Assembly (NCBI GenBank): GCA_021784535.1
Contig: JAJYHW010000049.1
Span: forward strand, 1-32,095
Reading direction: 5' to 3'
Source: a bacterium
GTDB lineage: Bacteria > Patescibacteriota > Microgenomatia > Levybacterales > UBA12049
Length of the DNA stretch: 32,095 nt
The first letter of the stretch is position 1, and every line of letters begins with the position of its first letter. Position numbers and translations under genes: made by a program. Below the pieces are notes generated by a model. The model worked only from the letters and a program-made list of their open reading frames with translations. It did no database searches and was not told where the DNA came from. Positions 8,297 through 15,742 of this stretch are shown piece after piece.

Positions 8297-9009
8297 ATAT
8301 CACCTCGCAGATATCTTTTTCTCTTCTCCTCAGAAAATCGCTCGATGGCATAGCGCAGCATCGTTCGCGGCATAGCTTGATATCGAGGCTTAAGATACGT
8401 TTCTAATTTTTCCTCAGATACTCTTTTGCCTGTTTCCCGAAGCATCCAGCCGACTGCTTTATGAATTAAGTCATGTGAGTCATGCAATAATAAATCGGAG
8501 ATAGCAAACGTCATATCGGTTCTGCCATTTTTTATAAAAGCAAACGTTGCAACGATTCCAATTCTCCGTTCCCAAAGAGATGTTGATTTTGCCAATTCAA
8601 AAAGAACCTCATTCAAAACGGCTACGTTATCATTATATAGCCACGTTCCTAAAATTTTTTCTGCCGACAAATCCACCAGATCCCAATTATTGATATATTG
8701 CGTATGAGCCAGATAAAAATCAACGATTATTTTTTGTGTCACAATATCACCTTTTTGGAATCTAAAAATTAAAATAAGAAGCGCAATCAGCCGCTCTTCA
8801 TGAATCTTTGACTGTAACAAACAAGTGACATCTGCCATTGGCAAATTTTGATACTTCTTTGCTATTTTCCTGGCAGATGGGACAGTAAGACCGCAAAAAA
8901 TATCTTCTTCTCCATATTCACCTTTGCCTGTTTTGAAAAAACGGGGAAAAAATGCCGCCTTTTCAGGATCAGATGCTTCTTTGACGGCAATACGCAAGTC
9001 GTCTAACAT
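8293..9009 (-). CDS. DNA alkylation repair protein (AlkD-like HEAT-repeat glycosylase family)
   Basis: Strings include FFPRFFKTGKGEYGEEDIFCGLTVP, INNWDLVDLSA, LWERRIGIVATF and HKAVGWMLRE. I place the start at ATG 9009 (MLDDLRIAV...), which gives 238 aa and removes the overlap with guaA. Confidence 0.75.
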   Translation of the reverse strand: MLDDLRIAVKEASDPEKAAFFPRFFKTGKGEYGEEDIFCGLTVPSARKIAKKYQNLPMADVTCLLQSKIHEERLIALLILIFRFQKGDIVTQKIIVDFYLAHTQYINNWDLVDLSAEKILGTWLYNDNVAVLNEVLFELAKSTSLWERRIGIVATFAFIKNGRTDMTFAISDLLLHDSHDLIHKAVGWMLRETGKRVSEEKLETYLKPRYQAMPRTMLRYAIERFSEEKRKRYLRGDI

Positions 9010-9015
9010 AGACCA

Positions 9016-9024
9016 ATTATAACA
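9016..9024 (-). promoter_or_regulatory. Extended -10 (TGT-TATAAT) 6 nt upstream of the alkD-like ATG; predicted leaderless
   Basis: The minus strand reads tgttataat-tggtct-atg. Confidence 0.5.
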
Positions 9025-9032
9025 ATTTCTCC

Positions 9033-9060
9033 TTGACGAATAAATCACAGCCGTTATAAT
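9033..9060 (+). promoter_or_regulatory. guaA promoter TTGACG-16-TATAAT, 6 nt upstream of the ATG; predicted leaderless
   Basis: ttgacg lies at 9033-9038 and tataat at 9055-9060, followed by gaatgc and the ATG at 9067. Confidence 0.55.
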
Positions 9061-9066
9061 GAATGC

Positions 9067-10584
9067 ATGATTCTTATCGTCGATTTTGGTTCGCAGACTG
9101 CTCATCTTATCGGCAGACGCCTGCGGCAAATTGGCACCACAGTTGAATACGTCCACCCCGAAGATGCAATAGAAGAAGCTAAAAAACTCAAACCTAATGG
9201 TATTATCCTTTCCGGCGGCCCATCCTCAGTATATGATAAAGGAGCACCTACCGTTTCAAAAGAGATATTTAAACTCGGCGTACCTATTCTTGGCATTTGT
9301 TACGGCTGGCAGTTGATGGCCAAGCTTCTTGGCGGCAATATCAAAAATACCACCAAAGAATATGGGCCTGAAAAAGTTACGATTGAAAAGCCTCTTGGTA
9401 TTTTGGGTAAGCTTCCAAAAAAACAGTTCACTGTCATCGTCTCTCATGGAGATACTGTGGTTACTCTCCCTGAAGGCTTTAGGAAAACAGCTTCTACAAA
9501 AACAGTTGCATTTACAGCAGTACAGAATATTGAAAAACACCTTTATGGCGTCCAATTCCACCCTGAGGCTCACCATACTGAGTATGGTCTCACTATTCTC
9601 CAAAACTTCGCAGCCATTTGCAAAGAAATCTATAAACCGATTTCTCTTGACCCTGAAAAAATTATCAACGACATTGCAGAAACTGCCGCGAATCAAAAAG
9701 TAATTTGCGCAGTATCAGGAGGTGTTGACTCAACAGTTGCTGCTTTTCTTATCGGCAAGGCAATCGGCAAAAATCTGATCCCGGTCTATGTCGAATCAGG
9801 ACTTATGCGCCAAGGAACAGATGAGCGAGTTAAAGAAATATTTTCCAAACTTGTCCGTGCAGATTTAGTCATCATTGATGCTAGAAAACGCTTTCTTAAC
9901 AAGCTAAAAGGAATTACTGATTCTGAACAAAAACGCAAGATAATTGGCCGTCTCTACGTTGAGATTTTCCAGGAAATTGCCCTTCAGCATCCCGAAGCAA
10001 AATTTCTCGGACAAGGGACTATCTACTCGGATGTCATCGAATCAAAAGGTTCCAAACATGCATCTCGCATCAAATCTCATCACAATGTCGGCGGTCTTCC
10101 CAAGGATATGCATCTCAAACTCCTTGAACCGCTTCGTAATTTTTATAAAGATGAAGTCCGTGAAATCGGCAGACTCGCCGGTCTCCCTGAAGAAATCGTC
10201 ATGCAGCAACCCTGGCCAGGCCCCGGAAATGCAATTAATATTATGGGAGAAGTCACAGAGAAAAGATTGGCACAAGTCAAGCAAGCAGATGAGATTGTTG
10301 TTGAGGAAATGAAAAAAGCAGACCTGTATAATAAAGTTTTTGAATGCTTTGCAGTCATGACTGATGCATATAGTACGGCCGTCAAAGGTGATGAACGTTT
10401 TTATGGTGAAGTAGTCGCTATCCGATCCATTGATACCGCCGATCTTATGACTGCTGAGTGGAGCAGAATTCCTCATGAAATATTGGCTAGAATGTCCTCT
10501 CGAATAGTAAATGAAGTACCTGAGATTTCCCGTGTAGTGTACGATATTACTACGAAACCCCCTGCTACTGTAAGGTGGGAATAA
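9067..10584 (+). CDS. guaA: GMP synthase (glutamine-hydrolysing)
   Basis: The 505-aa ORF has a GATase domain (GICYGWQLM, HGD), the ATP-PPase motif SGGVDSTV, and the conserved C-terminus (KPPATVRWE). Confidence 0.95.
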   Translation: MILIVDFGSQTAHLIGRRLRQIGTTVEYVHPEDAIEEAKKLKPNGIILSGGPSSVYDKGAPTVSKEIFKLGVPILGICYGWQLMAKLLGGNIKNTTKEYGPEKVTIEKPLGILGKLPKKQFTVIVSHGDTVVTLPEGFRKTASTKTVAFTAVQNIEKHLYGVQFHPEAHHTEYGLTILQNFAAICKEIYKPISLDPEKIINDIAETAANQKVICAVSGGVDSTVAAFLIGKAIGKNLIPVYVESGLMRQGTDERVKEIFSKLVRADLVIIDARKRFLNKLKGITDSEQKRKIIGRLYVEIFQEIALQHPEAKFLGQGTIYSDVIESKGSKHASRIKSHHNVGGLPKDMHLKLLEPLRNFYKDEVREIGRLAGLPEEIVMQQPWPGPGNAINIMGEVTEKRLAQVKQADEIVVEEMKKADLYNKVFECFAVMTDAYSTAVKGDERFYGEVVAIRSIDTADLMTAEWSRIPHEILARMSSRIVNEVPEISRVVYDITTKPPATVRWE

Positions 10585-10587
10585 CTT

Positions 10588-11298
10588 ATGATTTCTGTAG
10601 TCATCCCTGCATATAACGAAGAAAATGCCATTGAGGCATGCCTTACGGCATTTCAAAACCAAACCACCACTCACCCATTTGAAGTCATCCTTGTCGATAA
10701 TAATTCGACAGATAAGACGGTCGAAAAAGCAAAAATATATGCAGACAGGATACCACTGAAAATCATACATGAGAAGAAAAAAGGTCGCGGAGCAGCCCGA
10801 AAGACCGGTTTTGAGGCGGCCCAGGGACATATTATCCTTTCAACCGATGCTGATACGGTTATCCCTCCTCACTGGATTGAAACAATGACAGCGCATTTTG
10901 CAGACAGCAGTATTATTGCCATTACCGGCACAGGCAAAATCACCGACAGGAAAAAATTGATAAATGCTTTTTTTAATTTTCTGCAGCCCATGAGCATGCG
11001 GGCATATCGGCTGACTTTCGGACATTATTGGCTGACGGGTTTTAACTTCGCTATTACCAAAGACGCGTATAAAAAAGCCGGCGGATTTAAAGAAGAATTA
11101 AACGCGCAAGAGGATGTCGAATTGGCATTTCGAGTTAAGAATATCGGTAAGATCAAATTTGTTAAAGATGTTCCGGTTTTGGTGTCCGGGAGACGGTATC
11201 AAAAAGGTTTTTTCATAGGATTATCCTCCTATGTCTCCACGTTTGTCGGAATTGTTCTCTTCAAAAAGACAAACTTAATCCTCTCAGACCCACGGTAA
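10588..11298 (+). CDS. Family 2 glycosyltransferase
   Basis: ISVVIPAYNEE, ILVDNNSTDKT and STDADT (DxD-like) are typical of GT2. The start lies 3 nt after the guaA stop. Confidence 0.8.
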   Translation: MISVVIPAYNEENAIEACLTAFQNQTTTHPFEVILVDNNSTDKTVEKAKIYADRIPLKIIHEKKKGRGAARKTGFEAAQGHIILSTDADTVIPPHWIETMTAHFADSSIIAITGTGKITDRKKLINAFFNFLQPMSMRAYRLTFGHYWLTGFNFAITKDAYKKAGGFKEELNAQEDVELAFRVKNIGKIKFVKDVPVLVSGRRYQKGFFIGLSSYVSTFVGIVLFKKTNLILSDPR

Positions 11299-11355
11299 AA
11301 TTTAAACCTTGTTTTTCCTGTAGTTTTGTGATATATACAAGTCGAGCTCTAAACT

Positions 11356-12531
11356 ATGGATCCTGCAGCAACACAAGCACAATTTACCAAATTGCAACGT
11401 ATTCTGCATTCGCAGCGTATCCTTCATGCTGACCAAATCGCGGAAAAGACCAATCTTGATCTTTCTCTTAACGCGATTATTGATGCTATCCACGAGCCCA
11501 TTCTCATTCTGAATAGAGAATTAACAATTCAGTCAATCAATAAAGCTTTTCTGAAAAAATTCACTGTAACCAAACGCAAAACAATAGGGATCAATCTGAT
11601 AGAGCAGGCCAAACACATCCCGCAGATGGGCAATATGGTCACGCAGCTGAAAAAACTCAGCAAGAATAACACTTCTTTTGAAGAACTTGAAGTGACATAT
11701 CCTTTTCTCCACGGCGGTAAGAGAACAATGCTCGTTAATGCCAAAAGTATTATCTATGACAAAAAACACACTGGTGTCATCCTTCTCAGTATTGAAGATA
11801 TTACCCGACAAAGATTGGTCGAACGACAAAAAGATGATTTCGTTGGCTATGTCACCCACGAACTCAAAACACCGATAACATCGCTTTCTGCTTTTATCCA
11901 GCTTCTGCAGGGGTATCATGCCAAAACAGGCGATAAAAAATCGCAATTTCTTCTCGCGAAAGCCGCGGAACAGCTACAAAGACTAACAAGCCTGCTCAGC
12001 TCTTTCACCCATGTCTATCAAGCACAAACCGGCAAGCTGGAACTGCATAAAGAAAGTATTGATCTGTACGAACTTGTCCGTGAAACAGTTGAAACATTCC
12101 AATACACTACCTCGACACATGCCATCACTATCGATGGGAACATCACCAAGCCTATTATTGCGGATAAAGAACGTATCCGTCAGGTTATTATCAATCTGCT
12201 GATCAATGCAATAAAATATTCCCCAGAAGCAGATACAATCATCGTGCATTTTAAAGAAGAGCCGCAACAGGTTATTGTCAGTGTGACTGACTTTGGTCCG
12301 GGAATCCCCAAAGAGGCACAAAGCCATATCTTTGAACGGTTCTTCCGTCTTAACGATAAATCGAAATACACTGCCAAAGGGTTAGGACTCGGCCTCTATA
12401 TCTCGCTTGAGATTGTCAAGGCACACAAGGGAAAATTGTGGGTTGAGAGTAATCCCGGCGAGGGCGCGACATTTTTATTCTCGTTACCGTTTGACAATCG
12501 AGAAATTATAAGCAAGTCGCTGATGGTATAA
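11356..12531 (+). CDS. Soluble sensor histidine kinase (PAS-like, HisKA, HATPase_c) with no adjacent response regulator
   Basis: It has the H-box THELKTPITS, the N-box LLINAIKYSP, the G-boxes DFGPGIP and GLGLGLYIS, and no TM segment. Confidence 0.85.
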   Translation: MDPAATQAQFTKLQRILHSQRILHADQIAEKTNLDLSLNAIIDAIHEPILILNRELTIQSINKAFLKKFTVTKRKTIGINLIEQAKHIPQMGNMVTQLKKLSKNNTSFEELEVTYPFLHGGKRTMLVNAKSIIYDKKHTGVILLSIEDITRQRLVERQKDDFVGYVTHELKTPITSLSAFIQLLQGYHAKTGDKKSQFLLAKAAEQLQRLTSLLSSFTHVYQAQTGKLELHKESIDLYELVRETVETFQYTTSTHAITIDGNITKPIIADKERIRQVIINLLINAIKYSPEADTIIVHFKEEPQQVIVSVTDFGPGIPKEAQSHIFERFFRLNDKSKYTAKGLGLGLYISLEIVKAHKGKLWVESNPGEGATFLFSLPFDNREIISKSLMV

Positions 12532-12751
12532 AAAAACGAATAAACCCTTAATCGTTATTAGCAACAATCAACCACAATTCGCTATTATTAGCATAGATAT
12601 GTTGCAGGATTTACAAAAATTACTTCTGTTAACTCTGTGCAGGGACTGTTGCATCTCGCGGAATAGGCAGAACAGACGCATACAAAAGGACCAAAAGATT
12701 TGAGTCAAAATCTGGACAACTATATTTGGGATAAATAGCTGTCCCAAAGAA

Positions 12752-13474
12752 TCATTCTACCTTCTTTACTTCAATTTTATATTTGGAAAAGAATCTTGTC
12801 TTTTTAACGCGTTCTTCGTTCCTGTCTCTCTCACGAGAATTTATTTTGAAATACATTCCTGTGAAGAAACCAAGCGCACTTCCCAAAAGTGTCCCGCCGA
12901 TGACATCACTTGTCCAGTGCTCTCCCAGATAGACGCGGGAAATAAGCATCGTGATATCATAAAAAACAAGCAATCCTGCAAGAATAATTTTTGTCAACAA
13001 ATTCAATCGTTTACTTTGATAAATCAGGATAAAGCAAATAACAGAAAAAAACATAGTTCTCCCAGCATGACCAGACGGATACGAATTCAATTTCTGAACA
13101 TAATACATCGGGGATTGTTTCATTTCCTGTGTTCGCAGCATAAACTCAGGCGGCGGCGGATGATGAACAAATGTCTTTCCAAATATCTCAATCAAATGAA
13201 ATCCGATAAAAAACGCCATGGCAATTATTCCTGCGCGTATTTGCTTTATCGCCACAAAAAGTATAATCAAAATTACCGCCATAAATTCAAATTGCCCGAT
13301 GGTGCTTAAGAGAGAAAACGGGAAATCAAACCGGCTGCTGATGTGATCCTGCAGACGAACTGTCGTATTAAAATCAAATTGGGTGAAGAGATTCTTATGA
13401 ACGAGGTAAGAAAAAAAGAGAAAGAACAAAAATAAAATACTTCCTGAAAGAAAATAAATAAATCGCCTTGACAT
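12752..13474 (-). CDS. PAP2-family membrane phosphatase (undecaprenyl-diphosphate/lipid phosphatase-like)
   Basis: It is a multi-TM protein with the PAP2 motifs PSGH (YPSGHAGR) and SRVYLGEHWTSD. Confidence 0.8.
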   Translation of the reverse strand: MSRRFIYFLSGSILFLFFLFFSYLVHKNLFTQFDFNTTVRLQDHISSRFDFPFSLLSTIGQFEFMAVILIILFVAIKQIRAGIIAMAFFIGFHLIEIFGKTFVHHPPPPEFMLRTQEMKQSPMYYVQKLNSYPSGHAGRTMFFSVICFILIYQSKRLNLLTKIILAGLLVFYDITMLISRVYLGEHWTSDVIGGTLLGSALGFFTGMYFKINSRERDRNEERVKKTRFFSKYKIEVKKVE

Positions 13475-13480
13475 TATTTT

Positions 13481-13489
13481 ATTATATCA
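13481..13489 (-). promoter_or_regulatory. Extended -10 (TGA-TATAAT) 6 nt upstream of the PAP2 ATG; predicted leaderless
   Basis: The minus strand reads tgatataat-aaaata-atg. Confidence 0.5.
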
Positions 13490-13506
13490 TTATTCTATGC
13501 CAGCTC

Positions 13507-14391
13507 CTATTTAAGATCCAGACTCTTGAGAAATGCAACGAATTCATCCTTGATATCAGGATGCTGAAGGGCAAACGCGATCACTGTCTTGAGATATTCC
13601 ACTTTATTTCCCGTATCATAATAATGGCCATTCACGATTTCACACGCATAGACAGGATAGCCTGTCTTGATCAATTCATCAATTGCTTCAGGCAGGTAGA
13701 TTTCTCCACCGGTGCCGGGTTTTTGATTACGTAAAATCTCAAAAATTTCAGGTGGTAAAATATAGGCTCCGTGTGTTGCCAAATCAGACGGTGCTTTATT
13801 GGGTTCAGGTTTCTCAACAATTTTTTTAATCTTATAGACATTCCCTTCGACATTTTCCACCTCGGCAATACCATAGCGCTTGAGGTCTTCCTTGTGCTCA
13901 ATTCTGACTCCGGAGATCACAGCGCCGCCATAACGGGCATGAACGTCCATCATCTGAGCAAGACGCGGCGGGTTGCTATAGATAAATTCATCTCCCCAAA
14001 GGACGGCAAAAAATTCATTATCAATTACCGGTTCTGCAGACAAAACAGGCGTCCCGTTGCCATACATCCCTTTCTGACGGATGTAAATAAAATTCGCCAT
14101 GTCAGAAATCGCCTGTACCTGCTTTAAAAGCTCATCCTTATGACCTGCCTGCAAATTTTTGATCAAGTCCTGGTTGGGAAAATCAAAATGATCTTCAATT
14201 GCCCGCTTGAGCGCGCCGGTAACAATAATAATATCTTCAATACCTGCAGCAACTGCTTCTTCAGCGACGTATTGAATGACAGGCTTATCAACAACAGGAA
14301 GCATTTCCTTTGGCATCGCCTTGGTCTGAGGTAAAAAACGTGTGCCAAATCCCGCTGCCGGAATGACTGCTTTTCTGATTTTCTTTGCCAT
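13507..14391 (-). CDS. galU: UTP--glucose-1-phosphate uridylyltransferase
   Basis: KAVIPAAGFGTRFLPQTKAMPKEMLPVVDKP and VEKP are signatures of the family. I place the start at ATG 14391 (MAKKIRK...). Confidence 0.9.
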   Translation of the reverse strand: MAKKIRKAVIPAAGFGTRFLPQTKAMPKEMLPVVDKPVIQYVAEEAVAAGIEDIIIVTGALKRAIEDHFDFPNQDLIKNLQAGHKDELLKQVQAISDMANFIYIRQKGMYGNGTPVLSAEPVIDNEFFAVLWGDEFIYSNPPRLAQMMDVHARYGGAVISGVRIEHKEDLKRYGIAEVENVEGNVYKIKKIVEKPEPNKAPSDLATHGAYILPPEIFEILRNQKPGTGGEIYLPEAIDELIKTGYPVYACEIVNGHYYDTGNKVEYLKTVIAFALQHPDIKDEFVAFLKSLDLK

Positions 14392-14398
14392 ATAACGA

Positions 14399-14407
14399 AT
14401 AATAGCA
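14399..14407 (-). promoter_or_regulatory. Extended -10 (TGC-TATTAT) 7 nt upstream of the galU ATG; predicted leaderless
   Basis: The minus strand reads tgctattat-tcgttat-atg. A possible -35 (tgtaca) lies 17 nt upstream. Confidence 0.45.
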
Positions 14408-14536
14408 AAACAGTTCTCCCTTGTACAGTACAATTTTTGCTCATCTTTTTTGTCAGGTTTTGGTCAAGTAAGAATTATGTAAGAGAGAGACACTTTTATT
14501 CAGCTATTATAGCTTAACTGAAAGAAGGTTTTATCT

Positions 14537-15601
14537 ATGCCAGTAATGCTTGGCGAGCAAATTCCAAAATGCGTGGTTCCCGTGACAGACACAGCGATTG
14601 CACAAGCCGCTAGAATGGGAAGCTCTCTCGGCTTAGGGAAACAAGATAATAATATTGCACCTATATTTCCTCATACTTCATTTAAACAGCGTGGTGTCTG
14701 CTATGAATCAAATGGCTTGCGTCAAGGATACCTTTTGGTAGCGCAGGCAACTCCAAGAATTGTATTACCAGAAGGAGCACTTCTCGCTTCACGTATGGGC
14801 TCCATCAATCTTGCACCTTTTTCAGTCAGAAAACAACCTACGCAAGCAGGTCTTGCTGTTGCGGAACTTGACCATATCGATGACAATCGTTTACCCGGAG
14901 CAGTTATCCTTCTCGTCGGGCAACAAAGCGTAGATCGAGAACCTTTGGATGAGAAACAACTATATGCTTTAACGACATTGGATGACCTCATTGCTTATGC
15001 TCATGCATATATAACAAAAACAAATGTCGATCGCAAGAGCGCAACAGGTCACAGTGATATCACCTCTAAGTCTGCAATAGGACCGCGTATGGCAATCAAC
15101 CATGTCTTGAAATCACTGGATACACCAGTGCCTGAAGATGAAATGACGCAAAACAGGCGACGCGCTGCAGGAGTTCCTCTCAATATCGATCCTGTCTCAC
15201 TCTATAAACTATTCTCCGATCAATTCAACACTATTCATTCCAACTTAACAGAAGTAACATATACGCCGCCTCAAACTATTAGTGCCATTGAACGATGGAT
15301 AACGCTTCAATTGACTCAAGGCAAAAATACATTAGCCACTTACTATGAAGCGGCAAAACGAGTCATGCAAGCACAATTACATGCTCAATCTGAAAAGAAA
15401 AGAGGCGAAGACGCCTTTATAGACCAAAAGGTGCAAGCATTGCAACGCGAAATCTCTCCCACTCCAAAACCGCATTTTCCTCCCCTTCCGGAAATTATTT
15501 TTTTTTCAGACCCCATGAGACCACAAGCAGCAGAAAATCTCAAACATTTTAGAGAAGAAAGAGCGACCAGAATGAATACTTATCAACGAACTGGCCGGTG
15601 A
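14537..15601 (+). CDS. Hypothetical protein (354 aa), no recognisable family, locally elevated GC
   Basis: This long ORF has a plausible SD (gaaagaagg). The protein is rich in Gln/Ala/Pro/Leu and poor in Lys/Ile compared with its neighbours. Sampled 60-nt lines run about 47-55% GC against about 38% in neighbouring genes. Confidence 0.55.
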   Translation: MPVMLGEQIPKCVVPVTDTAIAQAARMGSSLGLGKQDNNIAPIFPHTSFKQRGVCYESNGLRQGYLLVAQATPRIVLPEGALLASRMGSINLAPFSVRKQPTQAGLAVAELDHIDDNRLPGAVILLVGQQSVDREPLDEKQLYALTTLDDLIAYAHAYITKTNVDRKSATGHSDITSKSAIGPRMAINHVLKSLDTPVPEDEMTQNRRRAAGVPLNIDPVSLYKLFSDQFNTIHSNLTEVTYTPPQTISAIERWITLQLTQGKNTLATYYEAAKRVMQAQLHAQSEKKRGEDAFIDQKVQALQREISPTPKPHFPPLPEIIFFSDPMRPQAAENLKHFREERATRMNTYQRTGR

Positions 15602-15638
15602 TTCAAAGAGACAATATCTAGAGAAAAGCTCATTTTGC

Positions 15639-15667
15639 TTGACAACTTCTTTTCCAAACTCTACACT
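15639..15667 (+). promoter_or_regulatory. glmS promoter TTGACA-17-TACACT
   Basis: ttgaca lies at 15639-15644 and tacact at 15662-15667. This predicts a leader of about 70 nt. Confidence 0.55.
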
Positions 15668-15684
15668 ACTTCAAGATAAGTCTT

Positions 15685-15715
15685 AAAGTCATAAAGAGAA
15701 TTGCTTGATGACTTT
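15685..15715 (+). repeat. Hairpin in the glmS 5' leader built from heptad-like units
   Basis: aaagtcat (15685-15692) pairs perfectly with atgacttt (15708-15715). The flanks read taagtct/taaagtc and gatgact/tttgaca/tgatgac with 7-nt spacing. Confidence 0.5.
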
Positions 15716-15742
15716 TGACATGATGACATTTGGCTGTTACAT

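Noticed and set aside
10042-10830. A 262-aa ORF on the minus strand overlaps the end of guaA and the start of the GT2 gene.
   Set aside because: It is antisense to two genes with unambiguous family signatures, and its translation is low-complexity (Phe/Cys/Ile-rich) with no motif. It is a typical shadow ORF. The same reasoning applies to 6042-6491, 9256-9696, 9329-9703, 9944-10312, 7729-8013, 11533-11946, 11983-12327, 12917-13309, 13771-14127, 15944-16288, 22745-23035, 23530-23844, 30224-30643, 30989-31453 and 31450-31974.
15602-15742. I looked for a glmS ribozyme or riboswitch in the glmS 5' region.
   Set aside because: The leader from the predicted promoter is only about 70 nt and AT-rich. 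It lacks the GC-rich conserved cores I recall for the roughly 170-nt glmS ribozyme. Only a simple heptad-type hairpin is visible. A covariance-model scan would settle the question.
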